Shown here one piece after another: positions 29,112 through 39,615 of a stretch of DNA of 64,000 bases. The notes beneath the pieces were generated by a model that was given only the letters and a program-made list of their open reading frames with translations, searched no databases and was not told where the DNA came from. Numbering within the stretch: the first letter of the stretch is position 1; every line of letters starts with the position of its first letter. The stretch lies in IMG/VR virus record IMGVR_UViG_3300031760_000001, positions 180,785 to 244,784 of that record. One strand, given 5' to 3'. The stretch is from a virus (lineage: Duplodnaviria; Caudoviricetes). A program made the position numbers and the translations under genes.

Positions 29112-29141
29112 AAAAAAGCGAGTTCATTAAAAACTCGCTTT
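29112..29141 (-). terminator. Terminator after protease gene
   Basis: AAAGCGAGTT-loop-AACTCGCTTT. Confidence 0.8.
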
Positions 29142-29167
29142 CCTTGTTTGTGGAAATTTATTTTGTA

Positions 29168-29914
29168 TTATAACAAAATCTGATTAATTCTGTTTATTTT
29201 CTCATTAACCAAAGGTTTATCATTCTTTGATTCATCTGATTCAATGAACTGAACCAAATCCTGCATGTTTTTTGCAATATAAGCATTTGGGGTACTTGGT
29301 TCAAGAACGATATCCCAACCAATAAGTTCAAAATCGTTACCAACTTCAAGAACACCAAGTCTTTCCTCAACTGAACCAACACCACGTGATGAAACACCAA
29401 TCAAAATATCATTTAATATCATGTTAGCTGCCAAGTCACCACTTGTGCCAGGAATACCGTAACGTCTGTAACCTGGAGTCAAATGTAATTCCATTTCACC
29501 AATTAAGGTATGACCTTTCCATTCCAAGTTAGTGATAACATGACTAACATCATGTCCTGAAAGTGTACTTGATTCTGGGTGGTCTAATGCACCAACAGAA
29601 GCTCTAACTCTTACTCTTTCATTGATATATTTGTCAACCTCACGTTTCAAAATCATTTCTGGGTAAACCCTGCCGTTAGCATTTTTAATTCCATATTTCT
29701 GGAAAACAGCACTTACGATAAATTTATCAGGAATAACAAATTCCTTGTGATGCTCAATATCTTCTTTAATCTGAGCAACCATATCGCGGTTTCCGATAAC
29801 ATGACCTGCATCGTGTTCAATCAACAAGCCAGTACCAGTCTCACCTTTCTTTACCTCAGTGAGATTACCACGTTTGTCACCATATTTTCTTAATATTTCT
29901 TGTGTTATATACAT
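29168..29914 (-). CDS. Prohead protease (T4 gp21 family)
   Basis: KNANGRVYP, GALDHP, GVSSRGVGS, WDIV.EPSTPNA (H/S/D triad). Confidence 0.95.
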   Translation of the reverse strand: MYITQEILRKYGDKRGNLTEVKKGETGTGLLIEHDAGHVIGNRDMVAQIKEDIEHHKEFVIPDKFIVSAVFQKYGIKNANGRVYPEMILKREVDKYINERVRVRASVGALDHPESSTLSGHDVSHVITNLEWKGHTLIGEMELHLTPGYRRYGIPGTSGDLAANMILNDILIGVSSRGVGSVEERLGVLEVGNDFELIGWDIVLEPSTPNAYIAKNMQDLVQFIESDESKNDKPLVNEKINRINQILL

Positions 29915-29931
29915 AATATAATTAATCTGAA

Positions 29932-30285
29932 TTAATATTCTTCATTATATTCATCATCCCAGCCTAAATAACGATTGATGGTGTTTATGGTTCTAGTTGA
30001 TAACCTTGGACTATCCTGTATATAGAAATGGTCATCATGCAACCTGTTGTCACCTCTTCTGAAATATACATATCTTGGGTCGTTTTCAGCAGTTCTGCTT
30101 TTCCATATCTGTACATATGCAATATCACCACTAACTTCAACATTACCATTTCTTAATCCCTGCATGAAAGCCCTGGCTTCGCTTTTCCATTGTTCTGCAG
30201 CGTCTTCATTTAACCTGATACGGTTAACGGTTTCCATAACCAGTTTTGATATATCATTTTCTGTCAATCTAATAACCTTTTTCAT
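29932..30285 (-). CDS. Leader-motif protein, unknown cargo
   Basis: MKKVIRLTENDISKLVMETVNRIRLNE; TATTTATA at 30306-30313. Confidence 0.7.
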   Translation of the reverse strand: MKKVIRLTENDISKLVMETVNRIRLNEDAAEQWKSEARAFMQGLRNGNVEVSGDIAYVQIWKSRTAENDPRYVYFRRGDNRLHDDHFYIQDSPRLSTRTINTINRYLGWDDEYNEEY

Positions 30286-30321
30286 ATTATTCTATATTAA
30301 TATAATATAAATATACTTATA

Positions 30322-30351
30322 AAAAAAAAGTACACATTTTAGTGTGTACTT
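30322..30351 (-). terminator. Terminator
   Basis: AAGTACACA-loop-TGTGTACTT with a minus-strand T run. Confidence 0.75.
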
Positions 30352-30357
30352 GATTAA

Positions 30358-30789
30358 TTATTTTATAATTTCAAATCCCACTTCCTTGCATTCGCTTCCG
30401 ATTATTGTGTTTATTTTTCCTGTTATGTCCATTATCCCTGGTTTATACATGGCTAATGGTTGTCTGTAATTCGGTTTTACATAAACCTGATACTTAAATC
30501 TGAATGGTTTATTGTACAAAATACCCTTTTCAGTGAAATCACAGGTGAAAATGTAATGTTCGTTTATCCAGTCAAATGTTTTGAAAACCTCACCAACTTT
30601 TTTGATGGTATTGTCTTTTAATTGTTTGGATTCTTCCTTGTAATCCTTTTTCTTTTCAAGTGGTTTAATTCTTCCTCTGACATTAATTGATATGATATCA
30701 CATACCTTTTCATTCAAACTGCCGTATGTCAATGTTGTTCCGTCGTTTATGTTCTCCTTGTATTCATTGGTCAATAATCTGCTAGCCAT
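30358..30789 (-). CDS. Hypothetical protein
   Basis: ORF with its own class B element (30842-30871) and terminator. Confidence 0.65.
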   Translation of the reverse strand: MASRLLTNEYKENINDGTTLTYGSLNEKVCDIISINVRGRIKPLEKKKDYKEESKQLKDNTIKKVGEVFKTFDWINEHYIFTCDFTEKGILYNKPFRFKYQVYVKPNYRQPLAMYKPGIMDITGKINTIIGSECKEVGFEIIK

Positions 30790-30904
30790 TTAAATTAATA
30801 TAATACAATTATTACGCGCACACGCGCACGTGCACACATATAATATACAAATTTTTTTGAAATTATGTAAAATTAAGTTAAAAATGTAACCTATTAATAC
30901 AAAG

Positions 30905-30933
30905 GAAGCGGACTAAATTAAAAAGTCCGCTTC
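30905..30933. terminator. Hairpin/terminator
   Basis: GAAGCGGACT-loop-AGTCCGCTTC. Confidence 0.65.
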
Positions 30934-30963
30934 AATCATATGGGTTCGGTTTAGTTTAATAAA

Positions 30964-31362
30964 CTAATAAGTTGTAAGATTCCAGTCTGAGTCAGACACA
31001 AGATTACCATTTCTATCAAACCATCCTTTATAATCAATCCACTTATCACCCCTTTCTAAATGCCATAAATAATCACCATCAAAATAATGGTTCTTAATAT
31101 TCCTTATTTTTTGTCTGATTGGGGTAATATCGCCACCTTCATTCTCAACATCTTCAATACTATATCTTAGATTGCGTAATTCTCGGTAGGCTGCACGGAT
31201 TTCTGGACGATTATCAAAATTCATATGACTTCTAGTTCTGTCTTCCTTATCTTGAGCACTTGGTATTTGTCCCATGTCGACCTCTTCTTGTATAATCCTA
31301 TTCACACTTTCTCTAATTAGGTTTTTTAATTCACTTTCCTTGAGTCTAACAACTTTCTTCAT
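30964..31362 (-). CDS. Leader-motif protein, unknown cargo
   Basis: MKKVVRLKESELKNLIRESVNRIIQEE; TATTTATA at 31396-31403. Confidence 0.7.
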   Translation of the reverse strand: MKKVVRLKESELKNLIRESVNRIIQEEVDMGQIPSAQDKEDRTRSHMNFDNRPEIRAAYRELRNLRYSIEDVENEGGDITPIRQKIRNIKNHYFDGDYLWHLERGDKWIDYKGWFDRNGNLVSDSDWNLTTY

Positions 31363-31412
31363 ATAATAAATTTTGTTTTTATTCAATTATTTAATTATAA
31401 ATAGTATGGACT

Positions 31413-31444
31413 AAAAAAAAATAAGCACCATATTTCTATGGTGC
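31413..31444 (-). terminator. Terminator
   Basis: GCACCATA-loop-TATGGTGC plus a minus-strand T run. Confidence 0.75.
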
Positions 31445-31479
31445 CCTTAGTATTACATCGTAATTGTTCTTTTCTTCAT

Positions 31480-32415
31480 CTAGTCTTCAATTTCATTCTT
31501 GATTTCAATGAATTCTGCGATGTCAGTCAAGGCTGTTTTTGACTCGAAAACTTTGGAATTTAGTTTATTAAGGATTTCATTCCAACTTTCAACATCCTTT
31601 CCTTCCTTGATTTGTTCATTGACCAATGAGACTACTTCTGATTTGTATTTGCTGAATAATTTCTTGGCTTTCATTGGGTCGTTGACTTCCATAACCAACT
31701 TCATTTCATCTTCGTTAAGTTCGTTTTCATGTTTTCTGACAACTTCGTTAACTTTTTCATCATACAGTTCGTCAATGTTTTTGGATTCAGTTAGCATAGT
31801 GTTGTTTTCAGTAACATACTCACATAACTTGTGTTGGATTTCATTGTATTTGTTGATGTTCTTGAAGTCCTTGTTGTGTAGAATCAGATATTCGATATTC
31901 TCGAAAAGCTCAATTTCATTGTCATCAACACTAATGTTTTCATTCAGTTTATACTCTTTGAATAGGTTGATAAGTTTTTCATTGTTCTCGCGGATGGTTT
32001 TCTTTGAATAACGAGTGATAAGTGACATAGCTTCATTAACGTATTCATCTGGATTCTCAACATTGGTTGGATTTGTGAAAGCGTTGTAAGCGTTGAACTC
32101 GTCGTTAAGAACCTTGTTCTCGCGGATAAGACCCATTATTTTCTTTAATTTTTTCTGGCTTGCTTTATTACTCAACAATTGTCTGGTGTTTGATTCAAAA
32201 ATCTTGTAAATCATACCAAAATTCCTATTCCCGCCATACCTTAAAGAAATTTTGCCTTCATCCGTGTTAGCACGGGTGTTGGCTTCAGTCAAAAAACTAC
32301 CAGCTTCCTGGTAAGCCTTGTACGCTTTTGCGTATTCCCCATTCTCATAGCGTTTCAAGGCTTCATTCAACAATTTAATGCCTTTATCGATGTTTATACT
32401 GATTTCGTTAGTCAT
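31480..32415 (-). CDS. Helical hypothetical protein (head module)
   Basis: ORF downstream of portal; TATTTATA at 32434-32441. Confidence 0.65.
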   Translation of the reverse strand: MTNEISINIDKGIKLLNEALKRYENGEYAKAYKAYQEAGSFLTEANTRANTDEGKISLRYGGNRNFGMIYKIFESNTRQLLSNKASQKKLKKIMGLIRENKVLNDEFNAYNAFTNPTNVENPDEYVNEAMSLITRYSKKTIRENNEKLINLFKEYKLNENISVDDNEIELFENIEYLILHNKDFKNINKYNEIQHKLCEYVTENNTMLTESKNIDELYDEKVNEVVRKHENELNEDEMKLVMEVNDPMKAKKLFSKYKSEVVSLVNEQIKEGKDVESWNEILNKLNSKVFESKTALTDIAEFIEIKNEIED

Positions 32416-32451
32416 AGCTTTAATTTATTTATATATAAATATTGTGATTCT

Positions 32452-34503
32452 TTATTTTTTTTCATCGGTTATGTGCTTCTCCAAACCTTTCGCAATTGAA
32501 TTAAGTTCCTCATTCACCAGGAAACTTTTCTTATACAACGGTGTATTCAATTCCTGTCTTTCCCTTTCTTTCGCTTCATTCACTTTTTTCAAGAGCAAAT
32601 GCTGATAATGTTTGGTTTTAGTCATAAGGTCTTTTTTAACTGTTTTCTGCTCGTTTATGGTTTTCTTCATCAATCGGTCGAAAAAGATTTCATTCAATGG
32701 CTCAGCACTTTCACTACCACTGTCATCACCACCTTCTGATGCTGCTGCATCATCCATAGACATGTCACCCTCGGCACCAGTCATTTCGCCACCCATATCA
32801 TCGCCAAGGCCACCATCGTCTAATCCTCCAGGCATTCCACCGCCAGGCATTCCGCCTCCGCCTCCCATGTCATCTTCCTGTCCTTGACCGCCAGCTGTGT
32901 CGCTATATTCAGCGCCAGGTTCACCATAAAGGTTGTCAACCTTGTCAAACAATCCAGTGCGTTTGATAATCATTATTGTCTTTTCAAGTTCAGCAGCCAA
33001 AGCCTTTTCAAGTCTCAATTCTTCAAGGTTGTCACTAATCTGTTTGTCACTCCAGCCAAGAATCTCTTTCTGGGCACGGGTAATTGAGTACAACGGCAAT
33101 CCGCCACCTGGGTCAGCAACCGCACTTTTAGCCATTTCAATTTTCTTGCTTAAATTGTCAAGTTCCATCATTTCAGCCTGTGATGAAGGGTTGTTCATTG
33201 TCAAACTGAAATTGGTAAGGTCATCCTCAAAACCAAGCAAATACAAATGGATGATACACACTTTGGTAAGTTCCATAAGCATCATCTGCTGCACTCGGTT
33301 TATTGTTTTGGTAAACCTGACATCCAACAATGAAAGGTTTTTGCCATCACCAGCAACCTCCTCAAAATTAATGAACGGTTTTGGAACCCTTAACGCTGTG
33401 CAAAGTTTATTCTGGACAAATTTAATGTCATCCATTGCGGTAAGGTTGTTACCAGCGGACAATGTTTCAATAGGATTCGGTTCACTTGGGTCACGTACTG
33501 GAATAAAATAATCATCCATATTGGACAATATGTTTCTTCTCAAGTCAATCTGACCAGTCAACGGGTCATAAATTGGAGTTCTTTTGAAGTTATTGGCAAC
33601 CTCATCCATATATGCTGGAACATCCTGCTCGTCAATTGCGCCCACGTTGACCTTGAACACACGTCTTTCAACTGAACGTTCAAGACGGTACATAAGCATC
33701 ATATCCTCCATCATTGAAAGCATACGCCAGTGACGACGGGCTTTATTCAAAGCACTTACGCCATATGGCAAATACAATGAGTCATAAAGGAGTCTGAAAT
33801 GTGCAATCTGCCAGTTCCTGTAAGGGGTAAATTCGTTCTTTCCAACCCAGATGAATTTTGTTGAATCTGGTAAATCCACATCAATGTTAGCCACGTTAGC
33901 GAATCCTGAACTGTATGGATTATCCATACCATTCTCAAAACGCTGCATCTCATATACTGGAAGCTGTTTCCATCCAATGATACCGTTATCCTCTGTTATG
34001 TTCAAGAGCATAAATGTATTACCGTACTTGACAGTGCTTCTTGTAATCATAGGGAATATGATGTCAGCTGACAGACGGTTATATATCAAATCTTCAAGGA
34101 TTGATTTGATACGTTCTGATTTCGATGTGACATTAATCATCATACCATTTGGTTTGATGTATGTTGCCTCTTCCATATATATATCTAGGGCTGCACCGAT
34201 TTCAGGGAACAAGTCCATCATATCGGCTTCCCTGTACATCATCTGCACCTCAGTCATGTTGGCTAGGGCATTGTTCTGGGTTTCATACTGAGCCCTTTTC
34301 CATTGTTTAGCTAATAACCTCTGTTGTCTTAACTGAGTCAGCTTTTGTGTATAGTCTTCCTTTGACCTGGTTGTGTATATCACGTCATTACTACCAAGCC
34401 CAGCGTAATTATGAATACTACGGCTGTAGTTGGTAGAAGTTGGTGATGGTATCGCTGTTCCACCGCCAAAGGTCTTGTTTAATCTCTGAAATATAGTTGG
34501 CAT
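32452..34503 (-). CDS. Portal protein (T4 gp20 family)
   Basis: YRE..MM..FPEI..ALD, IAHFRL, MEDMM..YRL.RS.ERRVF..NVG, DYFIPVR, IETL..G.N, L..ALRVP; acidic Gly-rich tail. Confidence 0.95.
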   Translation of the reverse strand: MPTIFQRLNKTFGGGTAIPSPTSTNYSRSIHNYAGLGSNDVIYTTRSKEDYTQKLTQLRQQRLLAKQWKRAQYETQNNALANMTEVQMMYREADMMDLFPEIGAALDIYMEEATYIKPNGMMINVTSKSERIKSILEDLIYNRLSADIIFPMITRSTVKYGNTFMLLNITEDNGIIGWKQLPVYEMQRFENGMDNPYSSGFANVANIDVDLPDSTKFIWVGKNEFTPYRNWQIAHFRLLYDSLYLPYGVSALNKARRHWRMLSMMEDMMLMYRLERSVERRVFKVNVGAIDEQDVPAYMDEVANNFKRTPIYDPLTGQIDLRRNILSNMDDYFIPVRDPSEPNPIETLSAGNNLTAMDDIKFVQNKLCTALRVPKPFINFEEVAGDGKNLSLLDVRFTKTINRVQQMMLMELTKVCIIHLYLLGFEDDLTNFSLTMNNPSSQAEMMELDNLSKKIEMAKSAVADPGGGLPLYSITRAQKEILGWSDKQISDNLEELRLEKALAAELEKTIMIIKRTGLFDKVDNLYGEPGAEYSDTAGGQGQEDDMGGGGGMPGGGMPGGLDDGGLGDDMGGEMTGAEGDMSMDDAAASEGGDDSGSESAEPLNEIFFDRLMKKTINEQKTVKKDLMTKTKHYQHLLLKKVNEAKERERQELNTPLYKKSFLVNEELNSIAKGLEKHITDEKK

Positions 34504-34523
34504 TTTAATAAAATATTATATTA

Positions 34524-34614
34524 TATAAATATAATGAATCTTAAACTAATAAACAAGTAGTTTTATGTATATATCAGTTTTTATGATAAGATTCACAGAA
34601 TGTGACTATTTATA
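34524..34614. promoter_or_regulatory. Divergent class C motifs TATTTATA (-, 34524-34531; +, 34607-34614)
   Basis: Each lies 20-30 nt upstream of its own gene, on that gene's strand. Confidence 0.7.
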
Positions 34615-34644
34615 ATTAAATAACAAATAAATTTGAATTATAGT

Positions 34645-35277
34645 ATGAAACAAACAATACGACTCACGGAAAACGAACTAACAGAGCTCATTAAGGAAAG
34701 TGTGTATAGAATGTTGAATGAAAAGGTTAACGAATTTAATGATTGGAAAGCGCAGATGCTCTATGGAGGAAGTACCAAGGATTATGAAGGTAATCCGACC
34801 AACTTCAAAAACTTTGATGGTATTGACAAGGCTAATAAAATAGCAAAGGGTCAGTATAATGCCGACGCAGCTGGTTCAGACTATGTTGATACGTCAAAGG
34901 ATTACAACACACTGCAGCTTGACCCTAATTATGGGTTCATGCAGAGTAGTGAGAACGGTCAAAATGGACGCACACATAATTATTTCACTATACGTGCTCC
35001 AAAGACATACGGGAAAAATGACCGTGGTGAGATGTCATACAACAGTAATAACAATGCCGTAGGTGGTGGTGAATACATGGGCAACATGAAAACCAATAAA
35101 GCTAAGAATTTCCAGCAGAGGCTTGGTAATGACATGATAGACTATTATAACGGTAATTATAAAGAAAGGTTAAAGCAAAAATCATCACAACTTGGAAACG
35201 CAAACAGTGGTCAAGATTTTACTCCTAAAGTTTTAAAGGAGGCTGTTTCCCGTGCCATCCGAAATTATCTTTATTAA
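34645..35277 (+). CDS. Leader-motif protein, unknown cargo (inverted between portal and terminase)
   Basis: MKQTIRLTENELTELIKESVYRMLNE; C-terminal VLKEAVSRAI. Confidence 0.7.
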   Translation: MKQTIRLTENELTELIKESVYRMLNEKVNEFNDWKAQMLYGGSTKDYEGNPTNFKNFDGIDKANKIAKGQYNADAAGSDYVDTSKDYNTLQLDPNYGFMQSSENGQNGRTHNYFTIRAPKTYGKNDRGEMSYNSNNNAVGGGEYMGNMKTNKAKNFQQRLGNDMIDYYNGNYKERLKQKSSQLGNANSGQDFTPKVLKEAVSRAIRNYLY

Positions 35278-35289
35278 TCAATCTACTAT

Positions 35290-37182
35290 TTATTGTTTCT
35301 TCCTGAAACCAGCCAACATCATCATTGCCACAAGCTGTTTCTGTCTGCGTTTGTCCGCATTTGATGAAGTGTAGAAAGGCATTGGGGTCGGCTTTGAAAT
35401 CAATGTATTGTTTTCTTCCATTGCTGCTGTTTTGTTTTTCCTGAAAACATTGTTTGTCCTGAATGATGTTAATATCTGTTTCGACAAAGCCTTGTCCTTG
35501 TCGTTCTTGATTACATAGAACTGTATTACAAACAAAGCCATAGCCAGACAAGTCAAACTGTCATCATGACAACCGTCCATATGGTCAGGTCTTCCGTTCT
35601 TCCAAATCCAGGTATCCATTTCAGTAATGACACGGGTGCTTCTGACTCTGAAAACATTCTCTTTCAACATAGCGACAAAATTGCCAATCATCTGTACACG
35701 CACTGCGTTGGTTCTGAAGCCAGGAAGTTTGTCACCTGGTTTGATATTGAATGTTGAATAAGCCTTTTCAACTGTATATGTCTTCAATCCTGGGTCATCA
35801 TAATAGATGTTTTTATACTTCTTAGCCATTAACGTCAATATGATAGCATCACCATAACCACCGATACATTCAACAACAACTAGCGCGTTATTAAATGCTG
35901 TGGCATAGTTATATACAATTTCACCAATTTCATCACCAGTACGTTTGCCGTAATATTCCAGTACCTGGTCGAAGTATGGCATACCTGTTTCCTCATCAAT
36001 AGCATCAATATCTATAATTTCGATTGCGGTTCGGTCTTCTGCTGAACCCGAAGAAGCGTCAATTGCACAGACATATCTATGACCAGGTATTGGGTCTTTC
36101 CAAATCCAGGTTTCCTTGACAAACGGGTCCCAGAGTTCCCAATTATCAATCTTCGTAACATCAACCACATTTTGTCTCATATGGGCTTCAATTACATTGA
36201 CTGGTATAACGTTATCCGATGAACCAAGGAATGACACATCCAACTCCTGGGCAATTTTCTGCTCGTCGTTGTTGAACGATTTACACATTTTGGTATACCA
36301 CGGACTTTCAGGCAACCATCCCTCACGTTCAAGTCTGCGCCATCTTTCCTCATCATATGGTATTTCACCGTTTGGTCCTATCACTGGGTCAACATCCCAT
36401 TCAATTTCACCAGTCTTTTCATTTTTACGTGACCATTTCAAATTCCTTTGATAACGCAAGTCCTGGAACCACTTGAATTCAACTGCGTGATAGTTGTTCT
36501 TGTGTGTCAGAGCCTGTTCATAAGTTCTGTAATACAACTGGTCTTTACCATTAGGCGTAGAAACCATTATAATTTTAGCGTGTTTTACTGAAGCTGTTGC
36601 AGCAACAGCTTGTGAATATACGGCAGGACCGTTCTCAATGAACGCTGCCTCATCAAATATAAGGATTGATACAGCCGAGATACCACGGGCTGCGTTAGGA
36701 CCTGATGAACGGGCATATACCTTACATCCGTTAAATAATTCAATTTTATCCTTGTTTCTTGTCTTGAATATTGATTTAGTGTTTTTCTCACTGTTCGGGT
36801 CTGGTGACCAGAATTCACTGCCCCACATCCATCTTGGAACCTGGGCAATGAAATAACTTAATTTTTCAAGCAACTGTTCAGAAATATCAAGTTTGTTACC
36901 AATACACAATATAGTTTCTGGAGCATCTTTCTTGGCAAAAACACACTGTGCCGTCGCCCAGGCAGCGGATACTGTTGTGATACCAGCCTGACGGTGTTTA
37001 ATTGCAATTGTGTTGTCGTTTTCACATATGCTTTTGAGAAATTCATACTGTCTTGGGAATACCTTGAATGGCACTTCATGACCTTCATCAGCACTGAATG
37101 TTGAAAGGTAGTGCTCAATGAAATATTTTCTTGTCTTGTCGTTGTAGCATTTCAGATATTCCTCTTTAAAATTAAACGCCAT
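35290..37182 (-). CDS. Terminase large subunit (T4 gp17 family)
   Basis: KHRQAGITT (Walker A), LIFDEAAF (Walker B), VSTPNG, QELDVSF, AIDASSG, CHDD. Confidence 0.95.
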   Translation of the reverse strand: MAFNFKEEYLKCYNDKTRKYFIEHYLSTFSADEGHEVPFKVFPRQYEFLKSICENDNTIAIKHRQAGITTVSAAWATAQCVFAKKDAPETILCIGNKLDISEQLLEKLSYFIAQVPRWMWGSEFWSPDPNSEKNTKSIFKTRNKDKIELFNGCKVYARSSGPNAARGISAVSILIFDEAAFIENGPAVYSQAVAATASVKHAKIIMVSTPNGKDQLYYRTYEQALTHKNNYHAVEFKWFQDLRYQRNLKWSRKNEKTGEIEWDVDPVIGPNGEIPYDEERWRRLEREGWLPESPWYTKMCKSFNNDEQKIAQELDVSFLGSSDNVIPVNVIEAHMRQNVVDVTKIDNWELWDPFVKETWIWKDPIPGHRYVCAIDASSGSAEDRTAIEIIDIDAIDEETGMPYFDQVLEYYGKRTGDEIGEIVYNYATAFNNALVVVECIGGYGDAIILTLMAKKYKNIYYDDPGLKTYTVEKAYSTFNIKPGDKLPGFRTNAVRVQMIGNFVAMLKENVFRVRSTRVITEMDTWIWKNGRPDHMDGCHDDSLTCLAMALFVIQFYVIKNDKDKALSKQILTSFRTNNVFRKNKTAAMEENNTLISKPTPMPFYTSSNADKRRQKQLVAMMMLAGFRKKQ

Positions 37183-37253
37183 AAAAATTTGATTTAGTTA
37201 ATTATTCCAAATTTTGCAAAATTTATATAAATAGTGGCGTTTTTCAAAAAATG

Positions 37254-38387
37254 TTAATTTTGCTCAATTTCTTTCAAAAGTTCAGCTGCTGTATATTCAT
37301 TGTTGTCGTTAATTGAATACTTTGAATTATTAACTTGAACAAAGTTGTCAAAGTCATCAGCTTCTTTGTTATATTGTATGGTATCAATAAGTTCTTTTGT
37401 CATTGACAAACCCTTTTTAGTTTGCTTAAATGCGTTTTGTAGATACAAATTGAATATTTCAGGTTTTAATCTGGAAAGTTCCATTATAATGAAATTTGAA
37501 CCAGTTTCATCCAGGTTTCCACCACAATTTTCAATGTCAGACATAAGTATACTCCATAAAGGAATGCCAAGTCTCATATCCCAATTTTCAGCTAATCTAT
37601 AATCAGCTTTTTTCAAAATATAGTCGATTTTGTCCTCATCATCTGGCAATCCCTGCTGTGCTGCTGTTTCAAACAAACCCCTGACGGTATATTCCAAAAG
37701 AACTGGAAAAATTATACCTTCAGCATCAATTTTGATTCTCTCGCCATTATTACCAATATACACATCCACTTTACCACTGCAACATCTTTCAATGCTTTTT
37801 ATTGTATCTGGTTGATTATACAACAAAGCTATATTGTATTTGGTTATTTCAGCATACAAAGGAACCAGTCTTGGATTTATTTTATAAACCTCACGAATAT
37901 AATATTCAATATTGGTTCCGTAATACATTGATGCGCCAGTAATTAAAGCATTCACCATCCTCCTCTTGTATATTTCATCGCTTAAATATCTCATTTCATC
38001 AATATCATTGAATGAGAAGTCTGATGTTGCCTCAGGTGTCATCCTGTACTTTGACATATCACATTCTTCAACCAAATGTGACTCAATGTCAATGGTGTCC
38101 TCTGGTATATCGAAAATAGTTGCACAAACGTCAGCACATAATTTTTCAAGCGCTTCCTTGTTAGTTGATTCAATTTTCTGGCACTCAGTTAAAAGTTCAC
38201 TTAGTTTTTTTGCAATTTCTTTAGTTGACATTTCCTGACCTTCAAATGCTGACATTACACGATTGTACTGAGTTTTCAAAAGAAAACCAATAAATGTCTC
38301 TTCCTCTTCTGGAGGAAATGCTGGATGGTCACCCAATGATGTGGTGTTGTTCTTAATAGCTTGTATTAAAAAATCAGGTAGTTTCAT
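37254..38387 (-). CDS. Hypothetical protein (head/packaging module)
   Basis: 377-aa ORF upstream of terminase. Confidence 0.65.
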   Translation of the reverse strand: MKLPDFLIQAIKNNTTSLGDHPAFPPEEEETFIGFLLKTQYNRVMSAFEGQEMSTKEIAKKLSELLTECQKIESTNKEALEKLCADVCATIFDIPEDTIDIESHLVEECDMSKYRMTPEATSDFSFNDIDEMRYLSDEIYKRRMVNALITGASMYYGTNIEYYIREVYKINPRLVPLYAEITKYNIALLYNQPDTIKSIERCCSGKVDVYIGNNGERIKIDAEGIIFPVLLEYTVRGLFETAAQQGLPDDEDKIDYILKKADYRLAENWDMRLGIPLWSILMSDIENCGGNLDETGSNFIIMELSRLKPEIFNLYLQNAFKQTKKGLSMTKELIDTIQYNKEADDFDNFVQVNNSKYSINDNNEYTAAELLKEIEQN

Positions 38388-38779
38388 TATCTCAGAAATT
38401 TTTCAATGGTAACTAATTTTGAATTCTCTTTCAGTTTTCTCAAACGGATTTCATCCAACTGTTTTTTAGAAATTATAACAGATTCAAGTTTAGAATCACC
38501 ACCAACGGTTATTGTTTGTTGTTTGTTATCATTATCTGGGTCAGCATTAATTGAAACATCATTATTAATGTTTGAGTTATTTGGAACCTTTTCAGCTGCC
38601 TTTGTTGCAGCAACAATGGCGTTGCCAATTTGACCTGCTGTTTTTGGTGTTGTATTACCAGGGGTATTGTAATGAAGTGACAAACTACCGCCGTTTGGGT
38701 CAAGAACCTCTTCCAGGTTTTCTTTGATAATGTTTCTAATCTCTTTATCCTGTTGCTCACTAATTTTAATCTTTTTCAT
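38387..38779 (-). CDS. Leader-motif protein
   Basis: MKKIKISEQQDKEIRNIIKENLEE; TATTTATA at 38797-38804. Confidence 0.6.
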   Translation of the reverse strand: MKKIKISEQQDKEIRNIIKENLEEVLDPNGGSLSLHYNTPGNTTPKTAGQIGNAIVAATKAAEKVPNNSNINNDVSINADPDNDNKQQTITVGGDSKLESVIISKKQLDEIRLRKLKENSKLVTIEKFLR

Positions 38780-38819
38780 TTTAAAAAACGTTTTATTATA
38801 AATATATTCAATTTAATAA

Positions 38820-38857
38820 AAATAAAAAAGCCTCTGTTTTAAAGAGGCTTTTTATTT
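38820..38857. terminator. Bidirectional-type terminator
   Basis: AAAAAGCCTCT-loop-AGAGGCTTTTT. Confidence 0.85.
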
Positions 38858-38868
38858 GTAATCATTTT

Positions 38869-39615
38869 TTATTTTCTACCATAAGGTTTTCCTCTGTAAC
38901 CCTGTCTTTCTTCCTGGTCAACCTTTGCTGCTGGTTTGTTTTTATTCTTCATCAAGTCACCAATAATTTCATTCACAACTTCATTGACTCTTGATTCCAT
39001 CATTTGCTGTGGCTGGTCACCACCCATCATAGGGTCGCCATCAGCAGGAGGCATCGCATTTGGGTCGCCACCCGTCATATCAGGATTGTCGCCCATATTG
39101 TTCATATCATCACCATTTTCATTATCACTGTCATTGTTGTCACCATCACTTTCGCCACTGCCATTCAATTTATCACTCAAATATTCAATCATTGAATTTC
39201 TGTCCTCATCATTCATACCGTCAACAATAGCGGAAGCAATCATACCCAAAACCTCTTTCTTTTTATCCTCATGAGTGTTGATTCCATCGTTTTTAAGGTC
39301 ATTACGGAAGATTGAAGCCAACTGACCAGCCAATGACTCAGCTTTTTTTTCTGGGTCGCCAGAAACATCAGCGTCACCTTCACCACCATCAAATGGGTTT
39401 GCACCCATTACAGGAGCATTCGGGTCAGCCATAGCATTTGGGTCACCAGGGTCACCCTGTGCACCAACAACACCACCGTCTGGGTCAGTACCCGTCATAG
39501 GGTCAGCTCCTGGAACAGGAGGCATAAAAGAAGCGTCACCGCCCATAGGGTTCATACCCATAGGTTGTGACGCTTGGTTGTTATTTCCTAAATCTAGGAA
39601 AGTGTTTTCATTCAT
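38869..39615 (-). CDS. Acidic Gly/Asp/Pro/Met-rich protein (probable prohead core)
   Basis: Low-complexity GDP/M repeats; C-terminal MESRVNEVVNEII. Confidence 0.55.
   Translation of the reverse strand: MNENTFLDLGNNNQASQPMGMNPMGGDASFMPPVPGADPMTGTDPDGGVVGAQGDPGDPNAMADPNAPVMGANPFDGGEGDADVSGDPEKKAESLAGQLASIFRNDLKNDGINTHEDKKKEVLGMIASAIVDGMNDEDRNSMIEYLSDKLNGSGESDGDNNDSDNENGDDMNNMGDNPDMTGGDPNAMPPADGDPMMGGDQPQQMMESRVNEVVNEIIGDLMKNKNKPAAKVDQEERQGYRGKPYGRK

Noticed and set aside
18517-37182. Inteins or introns in the capsid, portal or terminase genes
   Set aside because: ORFs are continuous, and no C...HN splice junctions or LAGLIDADG motifs were seen.
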